DNA of 64,000 nucleotides, taken from Lama glama (Eukaryota). Made by a program: the position numbers and the translations under genes. Positions 60,758-64,000 of this stretch are shown one piece after another. The stretch is from assembly GCA_028534125.1 (NCBI GenBank), contig CM052816.1, forward strand, positions 36,086,001-36,150,000, in the 5' to 3' direction. The first letter of the stretch is position 1; the number at the start of each line of letters is the position of its first letter. The notes below the pieces were generated by a model, which worked only from the letters and a program-made list of their open reading frames with translations, ran no database searches and was not told the DNA's origin.

Positions 60758-63700
60758 TTTTTTTAAAAACATTTTTTATTGATTTATAATCATTTTACAA
60801 TATTGTGTCAAATTCCACTGTAGAGCACAATTTTTCAGTTATACATATGTATTCATTGTCACATTTTTTTCTCTGTGAGCTACCATAAGATCTTGTGTAT
60901 CTTTCCCTGTGCTATACAGTATAATCTTGTTTATCTATTCTACAATTTTGAAATCCCATCTGTCCCTTCCCACCCTCCACCCCCTTGGCAACCACAAGTT
61001 TGTATTCTATGTCTATGAGTCTGTTTCTGTTTTGTACTTACGCTTTATTTGTTTGTTTGTTTTTTAGATTCCACATATGAGCGATCTCATATAGTATTTT
61101 CTTTCTCTTTCTGGCTTACTTCACTTAGAATGACATTCTCCAGGAGCATCCATGTTGTTGCAAATGGTGTTATGTTGTCGGGTTTTATGGCTGAGTAGTA
61201 TTCCATTGTATAAATATACCACCTCTTCTTTACCTGTTGATGGACATTTAGGCTGTTTCCATGTCTTGGCTACTATAAATAGTGCTGCTATGAACATTGG
61301 GGTGCAGGTGTCTTTTTGAAGTAAAGTTCCTTCTGGATATATGGTGAGGAGCAGGATTCCTGGGTCATACGGTAAGTCTATTCCTAGTCTAGTGAGGAAT
61401 CTCCATACTGTTTTCCACAGTGGCTGCACCAAACTGCATTCCCACCAGCAGTGTAGGAGGGTTCCCCTTTCTCCACAGCCTCTCCAGCATTTGACATTTG
61501 TGGATTTTTGAATGANNNNNNNNNNNNNNNNNNNNNNNNNNNNNNNNNNNNNNNNNNNNNNNNNNNNNNNNNNNNNNNNNNNNNNNNNNNNNNNNNNNNN
61601 NNNNNNNNNNNNNNNTCGTATGAGCTGCTTATATATTCTGGAGATCAAGCCTCTGTCGGTTTCATTTGCAAAAATTTTCTCCCATTCCGTAGGTTGTCTT
61701 CTTGTTTTACTTATGGTTTCCTCTGCTGTGCAGAAGCTTGTAAGTTTCATTAGGTCCCATTTGTTTTTTCTTGCTTTTATTTCTATTGCTTGAGTAGACT
61801 GTTCTAGGAGAACATTTTTGAGATGTATGTCAATGTTTTGCCTGTATTTTCTTCTAAGAGGTTCATTGTATCTTATCTTATGTTTACGTCTTTGATCCAT
61901 ATTGAGTTGATTTTTGTGTATGGTGTAAGGGAGTGTTCTAGCTTCACTGATTTACATGCTGCTGTCCAGTTTTCCCAACACCATTTGCTGAAGAGGCTGT
62001 CTTTATCCCATTGTATATTCTTGCCTCCTTCGTCGAAGATTAGTTGACAAAAAGTTTGTGGGTTCATTTCTGGGCTCTATTCTGTTCCACTGGTCTATAT
62101 GTCTGTTTTTGTACCAATACCATGCTGTCTTGATGACTGTAGCTCTACAGTATTGTCCAAAGTCTGGGAAGGTGATTCCTCCAGCCTCTTTCTTTCTCTT
62201 CAGTAATGCTTTGGCAATTCTAGGTCTTTGATGGTTCCATATAAATTTTATTATGATTTGTTCTAGTTCTGTGAAATATGTCCTGGGTAATTTGAGAGGG
62301 ATTGCATTAAATATGTAGATTGCCTTGGGTAGTGTGACCATTTTAACAATATTGATTCTTCCAATCCAAGAGCATGGGATGTCTTTCCATTTTGTAAAGT
62401 CTTCTTTAATTTCCTTCATCAATTTCCTTCTTTATAGTTTTCTGTGTATAATTCTTTTACCTCCTTGGTTAGACTTATTCCTAGGTATTTTATTACTTTG
62501 GGTGCTATTTTAAAGGGGATTGTTTCTTTACTTTCTTTTTCTGTTGATTCATTATTAGTGTAAAGAAATGCAACTGATTTTTGAACGTTTATCTTGTAAC
62601 CTGCTACCTTGCTGAATTCTTCAATCAGCTCTAGTAGTTTTTGTGCAGATCTTTTAGGGTTTTCTATATATAGTAACATGTCATCAGCATATAGTGACAC
62701 TTTTACCTCTTCTTTTCCAATTTGGATCCCTTTTATTTCTCTCTCTTGCCTGATTGCTGTGGCTAGGACTTCCAAGACTATGTTGAATAGGAGTGGTGAT
62801 AGTGGGCATCCTTGTCTTGTCCTAGATTTTAGTGGGAAGCTTTTGAGTTTTTCACCATTGAGTACTATGCTGGCTGTAGGTTTGTCATATGTAGCTTTTA
62901 TTATGTTGAGGTATGATCCCTCTATACCCAATTTGGTGAGAGTTTTTATCATAAGTGGGTGTTGAATTTTATCAAATGCTTTTTCTGCATCGATTGAGAT
63001 GATCATGTGAATTTTGTCCTTTCTCTTGTTGATGTGATGTATTACATTGACTGATTTGCTTATGTTGAACTACCCTTGTGCCCCTGGGATGAACCCCACT
63101 TGGTCATGATGTATAATTTTTCTTATGTGTTGTTGGATTCTATTTGCTAATATTTTGGTGAGGATTTTGGCATCTCTGTTCATCAGTGATATTGGCCTTT
63201 AATTCTCCTTTTTGGTAGTGTCTTTGCCTGGTTTTGGTATCAGGGTGATCATGGATTCATAGAATGAGTTTGGGAGTATTCCCTCCTTTTCAATCTTCTG
63301 GAAGAGTTTGAGAAGGAATGGTATGAGTTCTTCTTTGTATGTTTGGTAGAATTCCCCAGCAAAGCCATCCGGTCCTGAACTTTTATTTGTAGGGAGGTTT
63401 TTTTATTGCTATTTGATTTCATTTCTAGTGATCGGTTTGTTCAAGTAGTCAGTTTCTTCTTGATTCAGTTTTGGTGGACTGTACGTTTCCAGAAACTTGT
63501 CTATCTCCTCTAGGTTATCCAGTTTGGTTCCATATAGTTTTTCATAATATTCTCATATAATATTCTGTATTTCTGTTTGTTGTAATTTCTCCATTTTCCT
63601 TTCTTATTTTGCTAATTTGTGCTCTTTTTCCTTCTTTGTGAGTTTGGCCAGAGGTTTGTCAAGTTTATTTACTTTTTCAAAAAACCAGCTTTTGGTTTGA

Positions 63701-64000
63701 TTTTTTTTTAATTTCTATTCTATTTATTTCCTCCCTGATCTTTATAATTTCCTTCTTTCTGCTGCCTTTTGGGGTTTTTTGTTCTTCTTTTTCTAGTTCT
63801 TTTAGTTGGTGGGTTAAATTGTTTGAGATTGTTCTTTTTTGAGGAAGGACTGTTATCACTATAAACTTCCCTCTTAGCACTGCCTTTGCTGTGTCCCATA
63901 ACGTTGTGTGGTTGTGCTTCATTTTCATTTGTCTCAAGGTATTTTTTAATTTCAATTTTGATTTCCTCATTAACCCATTGGTTTTTAATAGCATATTGTT
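60758..64000 (-). mobile_element. Young LINE-1 (3' UTR plus ORF2 RT and Cys regions), running off the window end
   Basis: Minus-strand ORFs 62419..63006 ([12 protein letters not shown]...[12 protein letters not shown]...YADD...KYLGI), 62003..62422 and 61121..61900 are consecutive ORF2 pieces separated by frameshifts. Poly(A) signal and tail at ~60758-60780. Confidence 0.97.
61516..61615. other. Assembly gap (exactly 100 N) inside the young L1
   Basis: Run of 100 n seen directly. Confidence 1.

Noticed and set aside
52866..63994. Reverse-transcriptase ORFs as a novel or domesticated RT system
   Set aside because: They are ordinary LINE-1 ORF2 fragments broken by stops and frameshifts, inside elements with L1 UTRs and tails.

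Overview
This is mammalian nuclear DNA, probably camelid. That assignment is an inference from the L1 3' ends and the absence of recognisable Alu, B1/B2, Bov-tA/BovB, PRE-1 or SINEC elements. The window starts inside intron 2 of EFNA5 (ephrin-A5, + strand). It contains coding exons 3 (22051-22116), 4 (22514-22594, an 81-nt cassette) and 5 (27459-27580), then a ~4.3-kb 3' UTR ending after AATAAA at 31841. The rest is intronic or intergenic DNA with MIR, L2, MaLR LTRs, MARNA, an ERV1-type solo LTR and several LINE-1 generations. One L1MA9-like element (~45.4-57.1 kb) is split by a near-full-length younger L1 and by a 5'-truncated PABPC1 3'-UTR retrocopy. Nearly all ORF-track entries are spurious or L1 fragments. 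I found no prokaryote-type system (CRISPR, operon, defence island) and nothing I can defend as a wholly new biological system. The best leads are an RBFOX motif cluster at exon 4, a cryptic 3'-UTR acceptor that would give GPI-less ephrin-A5, an L1 3' transduction, and the PABPC1 retrocopy with its hairpin. Family and gene names come from recalled sequences, not database searches.
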